Shown here: piece after piece, positions 61,900 through 64,000 of the stretch
Numbering within the stretch: the stretch's first letter is position 1
Layout: each line of letters starts with the position of its first letter
Assembly: GCA_013265495.1 (NCBI GenBank)
Contig: MU058287.1
Span: forward strand, 1 to 64,000
Direction: 5' to 3'
Length of the DNA: 64,000 nucleotides
DNA from: Vicugna vicugna
Taxonomy: Eukaryota
Notes under the pieces: model-generated
Told to the model about the DNA's origin: nothing
Databases searched by the model: none
What the model saw: the letters and a program-made list of their open reading frames with translations, nothing else
Made by a program: the position numbers and the translations under genes

Positions 61900-64000
61900 T
61901 CCTTTTGTACCATATATTTCTTACTTTTTATGTCTGTTTTATATTTTCTAATTACAAATAATATAAGCATCATTGAAAAAATCATTTAAAAGGAAGAAAA
62001 TAGTGAAAATCTCTACCCCATCCCTCAGAGGAAACCATATGGTATACATCCTTCCAGCTTTTAACTGTGTTTATGCAAAAGTATGTAAACATACTATCAA
62101 AAATATATCATATTGTATGCATGTGTGTATTCAACTTGCACTTGCTTTTTAATTTAACAATAAACATTGGGCATCTTTCTACATCAATACACACAGAATC
62201 ATCCCATTTTTAATAGCTGCATAGTATTCCACTCTTTCATATGTGGGTATCATAGTTCATTTAACCAGTCCCTCGATCATCAACAGTTGGGTTATGTTTA
62301 TGTTTTTGCTGAAGGTAGCAGCGTTATACATACACATCTGTGATTACTTGGGCAATATTTCTGCATGGTAAATTCTTAGGAGAGAGTTACTAGAATGATC
62401 TATCATTCCAATTTATACCTCTACCAAGAAAGTATGAAAAACTCTGTTTTCCTACAGTCATACCTAATGTTGTAAGTTTTTAATCCTTTCATTCTTTGTT
62501 AGGCTACATGAAATTCACTCTCAGAAGTGAGTTTGAGTGTCTTTTTAAAAATGTTTAATGATCGCCTAAGTTCTTTTATGAATTTTATGTTCATAATTTG
62601 TGTATTTCCCATAGGGATGTTTTCCTTTATCTCACAGATCTGTGACTGTTGAATTTCCCTCCTTTGTTATTTGTCTTTTGTCTTTGTTTATATAGTCATT
62701 TCTATTCATCTTTTTCTCTATGGTTTTTATCATGTTGTTATTTAGCAAGGTGTTCCCCACATAAAAATTATTTTCTCCTGGGACATTTGTTATTTTTGTG
62801 ATATGTTCTAATAAATTTACAGGTCTAGACTTCATTAATCTTTTTTATATTTTTCTTGCCTGTTCTAACTTATTTATTCATTTTCAAATGAAATTGAACA
62901 TTAATTTTTCAAGGTTCCAAAAATGCTACATTTAGTTTTCAATAGTAGCTGCAATAACCTTATTATAATTTATCACTTTATACTGATTCCCCAAAATGGT
63001 TATGTTTCTTCTTTATTTCAGTCTTCTTTTTGTATTTCATTAAAGGCTTGTGTCTTTCTTGTTGGCTCTATTTCTAAATATGTTTATCAATGTTGTTAAT
63101 GAGTCTTCGTTCCCATTTCATTTTCTAACTTGTCATTGATTTTTGGTATATTACTCTTGAATTGCCTTTTTCCCTAAACTTACTTTCTGTTGCTGTTAAT
63201 ATATCATATAACTTTTTTGGTTTTGCTCTAGGAGGTTATATAATTTTTGTTAAGTGATAGTACATTTTCTTCCAATATGTATACTTGATTTCTTTTTCTT
63301 ATATTCTTTCATTGGTTAGAAGTTTCAGAATATTATTGACTGACAGTGGTATAAGCCAAAAGATTTCTTTATGACTTCAATATAATTACTTCTGATATTT
63401 AATTACTAAGTATTATATTTGTTCTGGATTTCTGAAAAATATTCCTTATCACATTAAGAAAGTTTGCTACTCTCACAGCTAAGTATTTTAATCAGAAGGA
63501 ATGTTGAGATTTATAAAATGCCCTTTTAGCATCTACTAAAAATTAAATGTTCATATTTTCAATGTTGAATAATTTTTGTGATCCTGAATAGATTTAATAG
63601 GATAAAGTGTATTACTCTTTTAATACACTGCTGGATTTGGCATTTCATAATAGATCATTTTTATTTGTGTTTATCAGAGATATTAGGCCATGATTATGTG
63701 ATTATATTTATAAGGTTTACTGTATCAAAGTTATGCTTTTTAGAGCTTTACAGTAGTTAAATAATATAAAACTTAACTGTTTATTAAATATTTGATTAAA
63801 CATTTCTGAGAAAACCAAGAGGGCCCAGAGCAATTTTGTCAGAGTTTTGATAAAATTTCCAGCTTTTCTATGGATATTAATCTATTTAGGATTCCTAGAC
63901 TTCATTTAGTAAAATTAAACTTTTCTTTCCCTAGAAAAAGATCTATTTTCAACTTTTATTTGCAAGAATGTACATAAACTTTATTTTAAAATTATAATTT
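61900..64000 (-). mobile_element. Degraded L1ME (3'UTR and ORF2 remnants)
   Basis: ccatttttaatagctgcatagtattcca; tttaaccagtccc; ttccttatcacattaagaaagttt; aatcagaaggaatgttgagatttataaaatgcc; cactgctggatttgg. Confidence 0.8.

Overview
Mammalian genomic DNA, not prokaryotic: no operons, CRISPR, rRNA or tRNA genes seen. The young LINE-1 3' ends and the apparent lack of Alu, B1/B2, Bov, PRE1 or CAN SINEs suggest a cetartiodactyl, probably a camelid (inference). The first ~2.6 kb is a CpG island holding the promoter and first exon of a minus-strand gene that runs out of the left edge (splice donor CAG|GTGAG at 854/853). I cannot identify that gene with certainty; PELI1 is an unverified guess from memory. 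The remaining ~61 kb is upstream DNA dominated by old interspersed repeats (L2, MIR, L1M, CR1/L3, MaLR/ERVL LTRs, hAT transposons including a Zaphod transposase relic), with a few repeat-poor islands that look regulatory. Nearly all listed ORFs are chance or repeat-derived. The best-supported observations are a twin-primed, 5'-inverted young L1 with a palindromic target-site duplication (52.1-53.2 kb) and a four-layer nested insertion (22.2-23.7 kb). Weaker ones are a phase-0 Ser-rich ORF in the first exon, a kB-site cluster in the island, and candidate exons of a divergent plus-strand lncRNA. I found no convincing new biological system. Repeat names and most boundaries are by eye and approximate.
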